Shown here: one piece after another, positions 21,503 through 35,271 of the stretch
Layout: each line of letters opens with the position of its first letter
Position numbering within the stretch: the stretch's first letter is position 1
NCBI GenBank assembly: GCA_020137815.1
Contig: CM035357.1
Location: 1,488,001-1,552,000 of the forward strand
Source of the DNA: Hormiphora californensis
Lineage: Eukaryota; Animalia; Ctenophora
Reading direction: 5' to 3'
DNA: 64,000 nt
Notes under the pieces: generated by a model
The model's input: the letters and a program-made list of their open reading frames with translations, nothing else
Database searches by the model: none
What the model was told of the DNA's origin: nothing
Made by a program: the position numbers and the translations under genes

Positions 21503-24500
21503 GGTCAAAGTGGGAAATTTTCTTAGAGATAAGGAGGTCAAAGTGGGAAAGTTTCTTAGAGATAAGGAGGTCAAAGTGGGAAAGTTTCTTAGAGATAAGG
21601 AGGTCAAAGTTGGAAAGTTTCTTAGAGATAAGTAGGTCAAAGTGGGAAAGTTTCTTAGAGATAAGGAGGTCAAAGTGGGAAAGTTTCTTAGAGATAAGGA
21701 GGTCAAAGTGGGAAAGTTTCTTAGAGATAAGGAGGTCAAAGTGGGAAAGTTTCTTAGAGATAAGGAGGTCAAAGTGGGAAAGTTTCTTAGAGATAAGGAG
21801 GTCAAAGTGGGAAAGTTTCTTAGAGATAAGGAGGTCAAAGTTGGAAAGTTTCTTAGAGATAAGTAGGTCAAAGTGGGAAAGTTTCTTAGAGATAAGGAGG
21901 TCAAAGTGGGAAAGTTTCTTAGAGATAAGGAGGTCAAAGTGGGAAAGTTTCTTAGAGATAAGGAGGTCAAAGTGGGAAAGTTTCTTAGAGATAAGGAGGT
22001 CAAAGTGGGAAAGTTTCTTAGAGATAAGGAGGTCAAAGTGGGAAAGTTTCTTAGAGATAAGGAGGTCAAAGTGGGAAAGTTTCTTAGAGATAAGGAGGTC
22101 AAAGTTGGAAAGTTTCTTAGAGATAAGTAGGTCAAAGTGGGAAAGTTTCTTAGAGATAAGGAGGTCAAAGTGGGAAAGTTTCTTAGAGATAAGGAGGTCA
22201 AAGTGGGAAAGTTTCTTAGAGATAAGGAGGTCAAAGTTGGAAAGTTTCTTAGAGATAAGGAGGTCAAAGTGGGAAAGTTTCTTAGAGATAAGGAGGTCAA
22301 AGTGGGAAAGTTTCTTAGAGATAAGGAGGTCAAAGTGGGAAAGTTTCTTAGAGATAAGGAGGTCAAAGTGGGAAAGTTTCTTAGAGATAAGGAGGTCAAA
22401 GTGGGATAGTTTCTTAGAGATAAGGAGGTCAAAGTTGGAAAGTTTCTTAGAGATAAGGAGGTCAAAGTAGGAAAGTTTCTTAGAGATAAGGAGGTCAAAG
22501 TGGGATAGTTTCTTAGAGATAAGGAGGTCAAAGTTGGAAAGTTTCTTAGAGATAAGTAGGTCAAAGTGGGAAAGTTTCTTAGAGATAAGGAGGTCAAAGT
22601 TGGAAAGTTTCTTAGAGATAAGTAGATCAAAGTGGGAAAGTTTCTTAGAGATAAGGAGGTCAAAGTGGGAAAGTTTCTTAGAGATAAGGAGGTCAAAGTG
22701 GGAAAGTTTCTTAGAGATAAGGAGGTCAAAGTTGGAAAGTTTCTTAGAGATAAGTAGGTCAAAGTGGGAAAGTTTCTTAGAGATAAGGAGGTCAAAGTGG
22801 GAAAGTTTCTTAGAGATAAGGAGGTCAAAGTGGGAAAGTTTCTTAGAGATAAGGAGGTCAAAGTGGGAAAGTTTCTTAGAGATAAGGAGGTCAAAGTGGG
22901 AAAGTTTCTTAGAGATAAGGAGGTCAAAGTGGGAAAGTTTCTTAGAGATAAGGAGGTCAAAGTTGGAAAGTTTCTTAGAGATAAGTAGGTCAAAGTGGGA
23001 AAGTTTCTTAGAGATAAGGAGGTCAAAGTGGGAAAGTTTCTTAGAGATAAGGAGGTCAAAGTGGGAAAGTTTCTTAGAGATAAGGAGGTCAAAGTGGGAA
23101 AGTTTCTTAGAGATAAGGAGGTCAAAGTGGGAAAGTTTCTTAGAGATAAGGAGGTCAAAGTGGGAAAGTTTCTTAGAGATAAGGAGGTCAAAGTGGGAAA
23201 GTTTCTTAGAGATAAGGAGGTCAAAGTGGGAAAGTTTCTTAGAGATAAGTAGGTCAAAGTGGGAAAGTTTCTTAGAGATAAGGAGGTCAAAGTGGGAAAG
23301 TTTCTTAGAGATAAGGAGGTCAAAGTGGGAAAGTTTCTTAGAGATAAGGAGGTCAAAGTGGGAAAGTTTCTTAGAGATAAGGAGGTCAAAGTGGGAAAGT
23401 TTCTTAGAGATAAGGAGGTCAAAGTGGGAAAGTTTCTTAGAGATAAGGAGGTCAAAGTGGGAAAGTTTCTTAGAGATAAGGAGGTCAAAGTGGGAAAGTT
23501 TCTTAGAGATAAGGAGGTCAAAGTGGGAAAGTTTCTTAGAGATAAGGAGGTCAAAGTTGGAAAGTTTCTTAGAGATAAGGAGGTCAAAGTGGGAAAGTTT
23601 CTTAGAGATAAGGAGGTCAAAGTGGGAAAGTTTCTTAGAGATAAGGAGGTCAAAGTGGGAAAGTTTCTTAGAGATAAGTAGGTCAAAGTGGGAAAGTTTC
23701 TTAGAGATAAGGAGGTCAAAGTGGGAAAGTTTCTTAGAGATAAGGAGGTCAAAGTGGGAAAGTTTCTTAGAGATAAGGAGGTCAAAGTGGGAAAGTTTCT
23801 TAGAGATAAGGAGGTCAAAGTGGGAAAGTTTCTTAGAGATAAGGAGGTCAAAGTGGGAAAGTTTCTTAGAGATAAGGAGGTCAAAGTGGGAAAGTTTCTT
23901 AGAGATAAGGAGGTCAAAGTGGGAAAGTTTCTTAGAGATAAGTAGGTCAAAGTGGGAAAGTTTCTTAGAGATAAGGAGGTCAAAGTTGGAAAGTTTCTTA
24001 GAGATAAGTAGGTCAAAGTGAGAAAGTTTCTTAGAGATAAGGAGGTCAAAGTTGGAAAGTTTCTTAGAGATAAGGAGGTCAACGTGGGAAAGTTTTTTAC
24101 AGATAAGTAGGTCAAAGTGGGAAAGTTTCTTAGAGATAAGGAGGTCAAAGTGGGAAAGTTTCTTTGAGATAAGGAGGTCAAAGTGGGAAAGTTTCTTAGA
24201 GATCAGGAGGTCAAAATGGGAAAGTTTCTTAGAGATAAGGAGGTCAAAGTGGGAAAGTTTCTTAGAGATAAGGAGGTCAAAGTGGGAAAGTTTCTTAGAG
24301 ATAAGGAGGTCAAAGTTGGAAAGTTTCTTAGAGATAAGTAGGTCAAAGTGGGAAAGTTTCTTAGAGATAAGGAGGTCAAAGTGGGAAAGTTTCTTAGAGA
24401 TAAGGAGGTCAAAGTGGGAAAGTTTCTTAGAGATAAGGAGGTCAAAGTGGGAAAGTTTCTTAGAGATAAGGAGGTCAAAGTTGGAAAGTTTCTTAGAGAT

Positions 24501-27500
24501 AAGGAGGTCAAAGTTGGAAAGTTTCTTAGAGATAAGTAGGTCAAAGTGGGAAAGTTTCTTAGAGATAAGGAGGTCAAAGTGGGAAAGTTTCTTAGAGATA
24601 AGTAGGTCAAAGTGGGAAAGTTTCTTAGAGATAAGGAGGTCAAAGTGGGAAAGTTTCTTAGAGATAAGGAGGTCAAAGTGGGAAAGTTTCTTAGAGATAA
24701 GGAGGTCAAAGTGGGAAAGTTTCTTAGAGATAAGTAGGTCAAAGTGGGAAAGTTTCTTAGAGATAAGGAGGTCAAAGTGGGAAAGTTTCTTAGAGATAAG
24801 GAGGTCAAAGTGGGAAAGTTTCTTAGAGATAAGGAGGTCAAAGTGGGAAAGTTTCTTAGAGATAAGGAGGTCAAAGTTGGAAAGTTTCTTAGAGATAAGG
24901 AGGTCAAAGTGGGAAAGTTTCTTAGAGATAAGGAGGTCAAAGTTGGAAAGTTTCTTAGAGATAAGTAGGTCAAAGTGGGAAAGTTTCTTAGAGATAAGGA
25001 GGTCAAAGTGGGAAAGTTTCTTAGAGATAAGGAGGTCAAAGTGGGAAAGTTTCTTAGAGATAAGGAGGTCAAAGTGGGAAAGTTTCTTAGAGATAAGGAG
25101 GTCAAAGTGGGAAAGTTTCTTAGAGATAAGGAGGTCAAAGTGGGAAAGTTTCTTAGAGATAAGGAGGTCAAAGTGGGAAAGTTTCTTAGAGATAAGGAGG
25201 TCAAAGTTGGAAAGTTTCTTAGAGATAAGTAGGTCAAAGTGGGAAAGTTTCTTAGAGATAAGGAGGTCAAAGTGGGAAAGTTTCTTAGAGATAAGGAGGT
25301 CAAAGTGGGAAAGTTTCTTAGAGATAAGGAGGTCAAAGTTGGAAAGTTTCTTAGAGATAAGGAGGTCAAAGTGGGAAAGTTTCTTAGAGATAAGGAGGTC
25401 AAAGTGGGAAAGTTTCTTAGAGATAAGGAGGTCAAAGTGGGAAAGTTTCTTAGAGATAAGGAGGTCAAAGTGGGAAAGTTTCTTAGAGATAAGGAGGTCA
25501 AAGTGGGAAAGTTTCTTAGAGATAAGGAGGTCAAAGTGGGAAAGTTTCTTAGAGATAAGGAGGTCAAAGTGGAAAGTTTCTTAGAGATAAGGAGGTCAAA
25601 GTGGGAAAGTTTCTTAGAGATAAGGAGGTCAAAGTTGGAAAGTTTCTTAGAGATAAGTAGGTCAAAGTGGGAAAGTTTCTTAGAGATAAGGAGGTCAAAG
25701 TGGGAAAGTTTCTTAGAGATAAGGAGGTCAAAGTGGGAAAGTTTCTTAGAGATAAGGAGGTCAAAGTGGGAAAGTTTCTTAGAGATAAGGAGGTCAAAGT
25801 GGGAAAGTTTCTTAGAGATAAGTAGGTCAAAGTGGGAAAGTTTCTTAGAGATAAGGAGGTCAAAGTGGGAAAGTTTCTTAGAGATAAGGAGGTCAAAGTT
25901 GGAAAGTTTCTTAGAGATAAGTAGGTCAAAGTGGGAAAGTTTCTTAGAGATAAGGAGGTCAAAGTGGGAAAGTTTCTTAGAGATAAGGACGTCAAAGTGT
26001 GAAAGTTTCTTAGAGATAAGGAGGTCAAAGTTGGAAAGTTTCTTAGAGATAAGCAGGTCAAAGTGGGAAAGTTTCTTAGAGATAAGTAGGTCAAAGTGGG
26101 AAAGTTTCTTAGAGATAAGGAGGTCAAAGTGGGAAAGTTTCTTAGAGATAAGGAGGTCAAAGTTTGAAAGTTTCTTAGAGATAAGGAGGTCAAAGTGGGA
26201 AAGTTTCTTAGAGATAAGGAGGTCAAAGCGAGAAATTTTCTTAGAGATAAGGAGGTCAAAGTGGGAAAGTTTCTTAGAGATAAGGAGGTCAAAGTTGGAA
26301 AGTTTCTTAGAGATAAGTAGGTCAAAGTGGGAAAGTTTCTTAGAGATAAGGAGGTCAAAGTGTGAAAGTTTCTTAGAGATAAGGAGGTCAAAGTGGGAAA
26401 GTTTATTAGAGATAAGGAGGTCAAAGTGGGAAAGTTTCTTAGAGATAAGGAGGTCAAAGTTGGAAAGTTTCTTAGAGATAAGGAGGTCAAAGTTGGAAAG
26501 TTTCTTAGAGATAAGTAGAACAAAGTGGGAAAGTTTCTTAGAGAGAAGGAGGTCAAAGTGAGAAAGTTTCTTAGAGATAAGTAGGTCAAAGTGGGAAAGT
26601 TTCTTAGAGATAAGGAGGTCAAAGTGGGAAAAGTTTCTTAGAGATAAGGAGGTCAAAGTGGGAAAGTTTCTTAGAGATAAGGAGGTCAAAGTGGGAAAGT
26701 TTCTTAGAGAGAAGGAGGTCAAATTGGGAAAGTTTCTTAGAGATAAGGAGGTCAAAGTGGGAAAGTTTCTTAGAGATAAGGAGGTCAAAGTGGGAAAGTT
26801 TCTTAGAGATAAGGAGGTCAAAGTGGGAAACTTTCTTAGAGATAAGGAGGTCAAAGTGGGAAAGTTTCTTAGAGATAAGGAGGTCAAAGTTGGAAAGTTT
26901 CTTAGAGATAAGGAGGTGAAAGTGGGAAAGTTTCTTAGAGATAAGGAGGTCAAAGTGGAAAAGTTTCTTAGAGATAAGGAGGTCAAAGTGGGAAAAGTTT
27001 CTTAGAGATAAGGAGGTCAAAGTGGGAAAGTTTCTTAGAGATAAGGAGGTCAAAGTAGGATAGTTTCTTAGAGAGAAGGAGGTCAAAGTGGGAAAGTTTC
27101 TTAGAGATAAGGAGGTCAAAGTGGGAAAGTTTCTTAGAGATAAGGAGGTCAAAGTGGGAAACTTTCTAAGAGATAAGGAGGTCAAAGTGGGAAACTTTCT
27201 TAGAGATAAGGAGGTCAAAGTGGGAAAGTTTCTTAGAGATAAGGAGGTCAAAGTGGGAAAGTTTCTTAGAGATAAGGAGGTGAAAGTGGGAAAGTTTCTT
27301 AGAGATAAGGAGGTCAAAGTGGAAAAGTTTCTTAGAGATAAGGAGGCCAAAGTGGGAAAGTTTCTTAGAGATAAGGAGGTCAAAGTGGGAAAGTTTCTTA
27401 GAGATAAGGAGGTCAAAGTGGGAAAGTTTCTTAGAGATAAGGAGGTCAAAGTGGGAAAGTTTCTTAGAGATAAGGAGAGCAACGTGGGAAAGTTTCTTAG

Positions 27501-28174
27501 AGATAAGGAGGTCAAAGTGGGTAAGTTTCTTAGAGATAAGGAGGTCAAAGTGGGAAAGTTTCTTAGAGATAAGGAGGTCAAAGTTGGAAAGTTTCTTAGA
27601 GATAAGGAGGTCAAAGTTGGAAAGTTTCTTAGAGATAAGGAGGTCAAAGTGGGAAAGTTTCTTAGAGATAAGGAGGTCAAAGTGGGAGAGTTTCTTAGAG
27701 ATAAGGAGGTGAAAGTGGGAAAGTTTCTTAGAGATAAGGAGGTCAAAGTTAGAAAGTTTCTGAGAAATAAGTAGGTCAAAGTGGGAAAGTTTCTTAGAGA
27801 TAAAGAGGTCAAAGTGGGAAAGTTTCTTAGAGATAAGAAGGTCAAAGTGGGAAAGTTTCTTATAGATAAGGAGGTCAAAGTGGGAAAGTTTCTTAGAGAT
27901 AAGTAGGTCAAAGTGGGAAAGTTTCTTAGAGATAAGGAAGTCAAAGTGGGAAAGTTTCTTAGAGATAAGGAGGTCAAAGTTGTAAAGTTTCTTAGAGATA
28001 ATGAGGTCAAAGTGGGAAAGTTTCCTTAGAGATTAGAAGGTTAGATTATTATGTCAACAGTAGTTCTTAGAGGCATTCCTTTATGGCTCACTTTTAGATC
28101 CTGCAAACGACTCACTTCCTGGTTAAAGTTCCATGTGGATACGTGTTATAGGTTTACAACTAAACGCGTGGGAG

Positions 28175-28177
<3 letters not shown>

Positions 28178-28222
<45 letters not shown>

Positions 28223-28260
28223 TAGAGAGAGAGTGAGAGAGAGAGAGAGAGAGAGTGAGA

Positions 28261-28296
<36 letters not shown>
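28178..28296. repeat. (GA)n microsatellite
   Basis: Direct dinucleotide run. Confidence 0.95.
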
Positions 28297-28338
28297 AATG
28301 TCAGCTAGTCGTTGTAAGCACTATTTCTAAACAGGAGA

Positions 28339-31300
28339 ATGGTCCGTTTGCTTCTACTTCTTCTGCCTGTTTTCACCGCGGTATCATCATGGACAGCAGT
28401 TGGTACTCGGGATGTCAGGATTACCTGGGATCTGGAGGGAACACCACTCCAGATAAAAACCAACTCCTCACTGGGCAGTAATGACGTAATCAAGGTCGGA
28501 CTATTCGCCACAGATAACAATTACCTGACTTATTGGGCTGTGAAATTCTCATCTCCAGTGCAGTACAGCTTGCATTACTGTACTAGCGACTGGACAGACC
28601 TGCCAGTACAGCCCCCGGTGGCGGTTGACAAGGTTTGGACATTTAACAAGACAGAAACTGCCTTCATCATCACATGTAATGACGTTGAGGTGCTGAACTA
28701 CGTGTATACAGATGCGTATAATAGTGCCTGTGGGACTGAGGCAAGGTTGGGCGGAGACGGGGTAAAGATAGTGTTTTGGAGCGAAGATACTGCCTCTGAC
28801 TTCTATAGAGCCCCAGGTATTACTGTCGTGCTCTGAACACATTTCCGAGAGTAGGGTCAGGCCAATTTGCCTTGACAGAGGTATTACAACAATAGCACAT
28901 GTGATACTGCGCTACAGCTTTGTGTGATACAGCGGAGTAATTATTCTTTTTTCGTCGTTTGGGCTTGGATTCTTGTTCGAATTGCAACCCATTAAGCTGT
29001 ACAGTAGGCATGTTATCCCTTGGTATCCAAGACACCTCACACTCTGTTACTTCGTTACCAATGTTATCGGCCCTGTTGCAACTAATAATGAATCCTTCCA
29101 GTTGAGTGTCCTGGATTTACTGTCGAGGAATCAACACAAGGAACCTGGCCTTCCTCACCAGAAGGGACAGTTGCCACTATAGAATGTTCTAACGGGCACA
29201 TTCTCGTGGGAAGTGCAACACTCACTTGCCAGGAGGATGGATCGTGGTCAAGTAATGTGCCACAGTGTGATAAAATGGGTAAGTTTTATACCAAGTATAT
29301 TCCGCACCCTCTACTTCTCTATTCCCCCTCCCTTGACCCTTCTGCCCCTCGACCCTTCCTCATTTTTCAGTCACATAGTATATTTCTTGGCTCCATTGCA
29401 ACCTATTCTCGCTCCATATGTGAGATCGTCTCGGTCGCTCACTCAGGCATCAATGTGGCCAAGTATATTTCTAACATCCTTTCCTCAGCGGAATCAACAT
29501 GGTCAGCAATATCCCAGAACTCAAGTATTTCACTGGCTAGCACGGGGGCTGTTTTGGAGATAATACAACCAGTACACGAGTCAGGGACAGTAAAAGTATC
29601 CCTCCCAACCACAGAAACAAGTGATACTATCGGTAAGTTCTCTCAACAGCAGAATTGTTGTCTGTTGCTACCAAAGGGGTGTAATTTATCAGGAACCGGC
29701 CGAATCAGGAAATACTGGTCCCTGATTGGCTGATAACCAGTCACGTGACCTAAATAACGAGTTCTGATTGGTTGTTTACTTGTTTCGGTCGGTTCCTGTA
29801 ATTTATACCGTGATACTAAAAACTGTAGTTAACATATTAAATTCGTTTGGTTTACTAAAATTCTCTGTCAGAGAATTGGCCTGACCCTTCTCGTTTATCT
29901 CAAATTTGCGGAGCGTGCGAGAACTATGGTCAGAGCATTGGCCTGACAGAAAATCCTCCACAGAGATAAATTTGAAGGCGCAAGTATTCACGGCTGATTC
30001 TTGTGGAAATGAAGCAACTATAACATCCAAGATAATAACCCAATCTGCTGGATCACCAAGACTTTGGAGGATTATACCCTCAGGTAGCATAGGATCTTGG
30101 TTATGAAGTCACCCCTGGGCGCGGAGGGATAATTTCATTACCAACATAGGATCGTTCATTATACAGTCGGACCCCGATTTAGTGGCACCCTTGGGGGAAG
30201 TGTTTTGTCCACTAAATCGGGGTGTCCACTAAATCGGTGTCAATTATAATGTTAATTTCCTATATCGGGGGAAAAAAATCCTGTCCCTAAATCGGGGTGC
30301 CACTAAATCGGGGGCCACTAAATCGGGGTCCGATCACTGTATTACCGAAAGTACAACATTCAGTAACTTACTTTCAAAAGTAACACTCTCTCAGATAGGG
30401 TGTTGGTGGTTGAATTAAATGATGAGTTGGTAACGTCTCTGAGTAACGAGTGTATGTCTCCCAGCCCCCCGAAAGCGACCTTTGAACTGACAGGGGGAAT
30501 TGTTCCCTACTACAGAGTTACTCGTGAGTACAAATGAAAACAAGTGGTTTTACACGTGAGTATCAAGTTGGCAGCTTCATCAAATCTTTGCACAATTAAC
30601 GGGGAAACCCTCAATTGATTCCCTGAATTTCTAAGTTAACGCTATTTTTTAAAGAAAAATATTACCCCGATTGGCATCACTAGCTGTTCAGCCAAGGAGA
30701 AGCTATACATACTATTAATTTTTCAGCCTATTGGCTGGCGGTGACATCCCATGAAAATGCACTTCTCTCCGATGGATCTACTAATGATTTGCTGCAGTTA
30801 AAAACTCTGAGTTATAGCAGCACCGTGGAGCTTTCTAACAATATGCTAGAGTTTGAAATGAATTTAGGTAAGTTAACCCTTTGAGGCCCATATTAGGACA
30901 TAAATATGCCCCAAAATTATTTAAGTAACAATACAATATGTTAGGTTAAGATATTTATTGAATTAGTGTTGAAGTAAAATGTAAATTGTCACTTTCCTTC
31001 AGAGGAGAATGGGATTTTAACAAAGACACAAATATCTGAATGCCAGGATGATATCAATTTAATAAATCTACATCCGGAGGAATACCCAGAACATAGAAAC
31101 ATTGAGATTTTCAGGTACTAGTTAGATTTAGAAGTTTGTATCCTGGTAGAGTGCCCGATCCGGGGATACGGAGAGCTGAACTATTGTGACAAGTGAAACA
31201 AGGTTTTACAAAATTTTGTAAAACCTTGTTTCACTTGTCACAATAGAGATTTTCAGGTACATCAACTTTGCTATTGTTGTCGTATATTTGACATAACAAA

Positions 31301-34300
31301 AATATTTTCAAGGATCAATCCATCTCCAATTAGGGGTCAAAGCTTATGAAATTCATTTGTATACTTCCACAATTAGAACTAACGGGACATTATCTGTTGA
31401 CATTAACGGGTACGCTGCAACGTGGACAAACTTCAACCAATCCGGATTTGATACAACGAACTCTGGTTATGATGAGTCGGACTGCAAGAGCTTATTCACA
31501 GTATACAGTGGTACAAGTGAAGATCAAAGCTATAACCCGGCTTCAAGGAGGTCCCGAAGTGAGGTTCAAAACAAAAGGAGAGCAAGGAAGTCAAGGAGGG
31601 CAAGGAAGTCAAGGAGAAAAAGGGGAGATGATGATAAAACGGGGGTTAATCAGCTGTATGTGTTTGATGACGATACTGCGACCGTAGCAATAGGGCAACA
31701 CAATGGTAAGTTACCGTAGCAATAGGGCAACACAATGGTAAGTTACCGTAGCAATATAGGGCAACACAATGGTAAGTTACCGTAGCAATATTTATATAGG
31801 ACAACACAATGGTAAGTAATAAATGATTTATGTAGACGCATGATTTATTGATATGATCATTTAGCTGATTTCATTTCCGAGAAAGCTCAAGAAATGGATC
31901 GTGGCATCACATATTACGATACCTTTCTTATAATAAAGACTTAACCCAGGTTGGAAGATGAATGATGAAGAGCCTATTTATTTCAAACTGAATGAAAATG
32001 GAAACTTGACCCTCCGAAACTATCAATTCTTTACCGGGACAAGTAAGTGCATCCGCAGTTCTCACGGCATGCAGGAGTGGGGCAGGAGTGTTGGAACTTG
32101 AACATCGCAAAACAAGATTTAGATTCAACCCATTATTTTCAAATCCAATATATAGTACATAACGTTCTGCACGCAGTGCAAGCGCGCCATATACGCTCTG
32201 CACTGCAGAGCGTATATGGAGGTGAAATGCACGACAGCGCAGCTGGAGTGCATTTCACACCTATATTGCACGAGTGTAACGAGTGCGATATAGGACCGCT
32301 TGCACATGCCGTGCAGGACGTTATTGAGTATATATACCGCGAGAAAGCACATGACAAGCAAAACAATGATAATTTTGGGTGATTACACACAGAGAGATGT
32401 GACAAAACAAGGTACAAACTAAGCAAAACTACACAAAAATACACTTCTACACCTGTTACACACAAGGGAACTCGTTCTGTTAGTTTTATTAGTGAAAAGA
32501 AGAGAGGGATAAAGAGAGAGATACGAGAGAGGGAGATTGGAATTCTTGGAAATAGTGAACAACAAAACATGATAAGGGGATAATTAGCGAGAGAAAGAGC
32601 GAGAGTGAGGGTCACCACACACCAACGTTAAAATTAAAATTAAAATTTGACGTTTTTGGTCATAACTCTGCCATTTCTTGGCAAAATTGCTTCATTTTGG
32701 GCTGGCTGGAAAGAGGGCATCGAGCCCGTTCTGAAGAGCTCAAGAAACTTAAAATCGGCGCAAAGTGCGCGGCGTTACAGTACAAAATGTGTGCGTTAAA
32801 ATTTTAAAATTTTAACGCGCGCATTATGCGCCTTAACGCCGCGCACTTTGCGCCGATTTTAAGTTTCTTGAGCTCTTCAGAACGGGCTCGATGCCCTCTT
32901 TCCAACCAGCCCAAAATGAAGCAATTTTGCCAAGAAATGGCAGAGTTATGACCAAAAACGTCAAATTTTAATTTTAATTTTAACGTTGGTGTGTGGTGAC
33001 CCTGAGTGTAATTTGACAGACTTTGTGTCGCTTGGCACTGTGTCAGTCACATTCTGTGTGTTTGTGTGTGAATAAGGTGTAAAAACACTGAGGGGACACT
33101 GTTCTTACTTATATCCCGCTACCCCTATATCTGCACGCTCCCGCGGAAGCAGAGTGCATATTTCACCGTGCAAATGGTCGCGCGGAGCGGGAGTGATATG
33201 TGCACTCGCGGTATATATATATCCAATATGGTTGTATATCCAATATATCAACTCTACCATTCTTTCCAGATTTCTATCAAGTAAATCGAGATGAACCGAG
33301 CACCAAATACGAAATGAAGATTGATGGCAGCCGGGAATATACTCAAACCTTTATCACCATGACTGGTGATGCATCAGATGCCGAGACGGTCCTGTTATAC
33401 AGTAGCAATGACGCAGCTAACCAAGCAGGACTATTCATCAAGATCACACCTACCGCCATCAGCTACATGATAACACCATGTGATGCTGATTACAGAAGTC
33501 TAGATATGAAGGATTGCAACACAAAGAGACGGCTCTGGAAGTTCGCTGTTGAGAAGATAACCGAGGGTGATGTAGAAGTGATGGGTATTGTGTTGGAGTG
33601 TAATGGTGTGGAGTTAGTGGATGGGACTCCATCAGAGACACACTCGTTACGGTCCATCAAGAGGACTGATTGTAGTGCCTTGTCTGGTATAGTGGATTAC
33701 TCCAACGCAATTTACTATACGGTGAATGGGTCAGATACTGCCACCACGGAACTTTATAGAACTGATGCCAGCACAACACGAGAGGGAGACATACTTGCTA
33801 TCGCCCTGGAAAAGGAGAATGAGACGGTTACCATCAATGATTTCGTTGGTTCTGAGGTTGATAAACAATCCATGCTAATAGCGTAAGTATAAAAGTTGGA
33901 CCCCTATTGACTTGTTGAGTAACAATCAGCAACTATTGTCAATAGTATTGACCGGAACGCCGATTTACAGGGCAAACCACTTGGCCTTCCCCTGTAAACT
34001 GGAGTCCGACTGTAATAAACTGATTCTTCCCTCTTTTTATTCTTGATAATATGTGTTGGAGGATCACTTAATTACATCTATGTACATATACCATTAACTA
34101 ATACAATTAATTTTCAGAATTTTCTTCTCGGACAACTATATGCAAGTTGCATTGAGTGGATGTGTAGAAGGTGATGATGGTGAAGATTCAAATGCAGGAA
34201 CTTATAATGCCACAATGGTGCCCGGTATTATGGACATTCGACGTGATATTACTTTGGAATTGTTGGGTGACCGACTTATCGTGTACTTTGGAAAGGAACA

Positions 34301-35271
34301 AACGGTTTGAATTGAAAAAGTCATAAAATGGGGCTATAAAGCAGTCCTTTTTTGGGATTATTTTAATTTTATAGCTTCATTTTATCACTGTCTGCAGCGC
34401 CGTGACACTGGGCTCAGATCTCAGATCGGGAGGGGGGGGGGGGGCATTCAGTTTCATCATTGCACATCGCAAATACAATTATTACTAACTTATTCTTCCA
34501 GGCGTTACCGTTCGTATTTTCTGAAGTTTCAAGTAGCTGCGCAAAGCAATACGACAACTTCTCCCATGAACGTGTTCGGTTATTCGATCATTCCATCCCG
34601 GAATATCAATCACCTTCGGTTTTCTACAAGGCGGGTGGTGAGTAACTTTTTGTAGTAATGACTCTCAGTCTCAGACCCCGTTTTGATGATCCTCGACAGT
34701 ACACTAAACGGTTTAGTGCACTGTCGAGTTTAGTAAACCGGATCAACACCATCAGTAAATGACAACAAGTCGGGTACAAACTGTCTGGCGCCGCGACCCA
34801 TCTGAGCGCACTGTTGAGAATCAAATGGGGTATGGCGCCGCCATACAGGGTACAAAAGTGTATTTTATTTCAGATTGCGAGGTTAGTGGGTTGTCTGATA
34901 GCACCATCATCCTGACACCTGCACTTCCCATTGTTAGAGGGGATACTACTGTAGCAAGCTGTAGATCTGGGTATATCATCTCGGTAGGTGCATCTTAATC
35001 TGTATTTCAGGAACCGACCGAATCAGGAAATACTGGTCCCTGATTAGCTGATAACCAGTCACGTGACCTAAATAACGAGTTCTGATTGGTTGTTTACTTA
35101 ATCTGGTCGGTTCCTGCTGTATTTGGTCTGCTTGTGTTGGCTGGTACCACGTTCCTGTATCAGATCTAATAATTTTCTATCACTATCAGGGTTCCGGCCA
35201 ACTGAGGTGCGATGAAACAACTGGCAAGCTAACCTACACAACAGAACCAAAATGCATCGTATATGTCCCGG
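28339..35271 (+). CDS. Large secreted mosaic protein: signal peptide, repeated ~150-aa Cys/Trp beta-type domains and two Sushi/CCP domains; 3' end uncertain; one apparent frameshift near 31941
   Basis: Signal peptide MVRLLLLLLPVFTAVSS. Approximate exons: 28339-28816, 29102-29278 (Sushi: C...C...G...LTCQEDGSWSSNVPQC), ~29489-29631, ~29872-30083, ~30396-30525, ~30727-30867, 31003-31113, ~31378-31705, ~31865-32042, 33270-33882, 34118-34303, 34502-34637, 34874-34983 plus 35190-35271 (second Sushi). Confidence 0.7.
29690..29798. mobile_element. 109-bp hAT-like MITE, copy 1
   Basis: TIR CAGGAACCG(A)CCGAA; 8-bp TSD TAATTTAT. Confidence 0.9.
30164..30339. mobile_element. Tc1/mariner-type MITE
   Basis: TA-CAGTCGGACCCCGATTTAGTGG...CCACTAAATCGGGGTCCGATCACTG-TA, with internal CCACTAAATCGG subrepeats. 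Confidence 0.75.
32608..33003. mobile_element. ~396-bp palindromic MITE with a 5-bp direct flank GAGTG
   Basis: AGGGTCACCACACACCAACGTTAAAATT...AATTTTAACGTTGGTGTGTGGTGACCCT with near-perfect arms of ~170 bp. A related degenerate copy lies at ~2432-2598. Confidence 0.85.
35008..35116. mobile_element. 109-bp hAT-like MITE, copy 2
   Basis: Same family as 29690; TSD CTGTATTT. Confidence 0.9.

Noticed and set aside
32047-32618. Overlapping ORFs of 78-159 aa in an intron of the secreted-protein gene
   Set aside because: No motifs or consistent splice signals; likely a decayed repeat.
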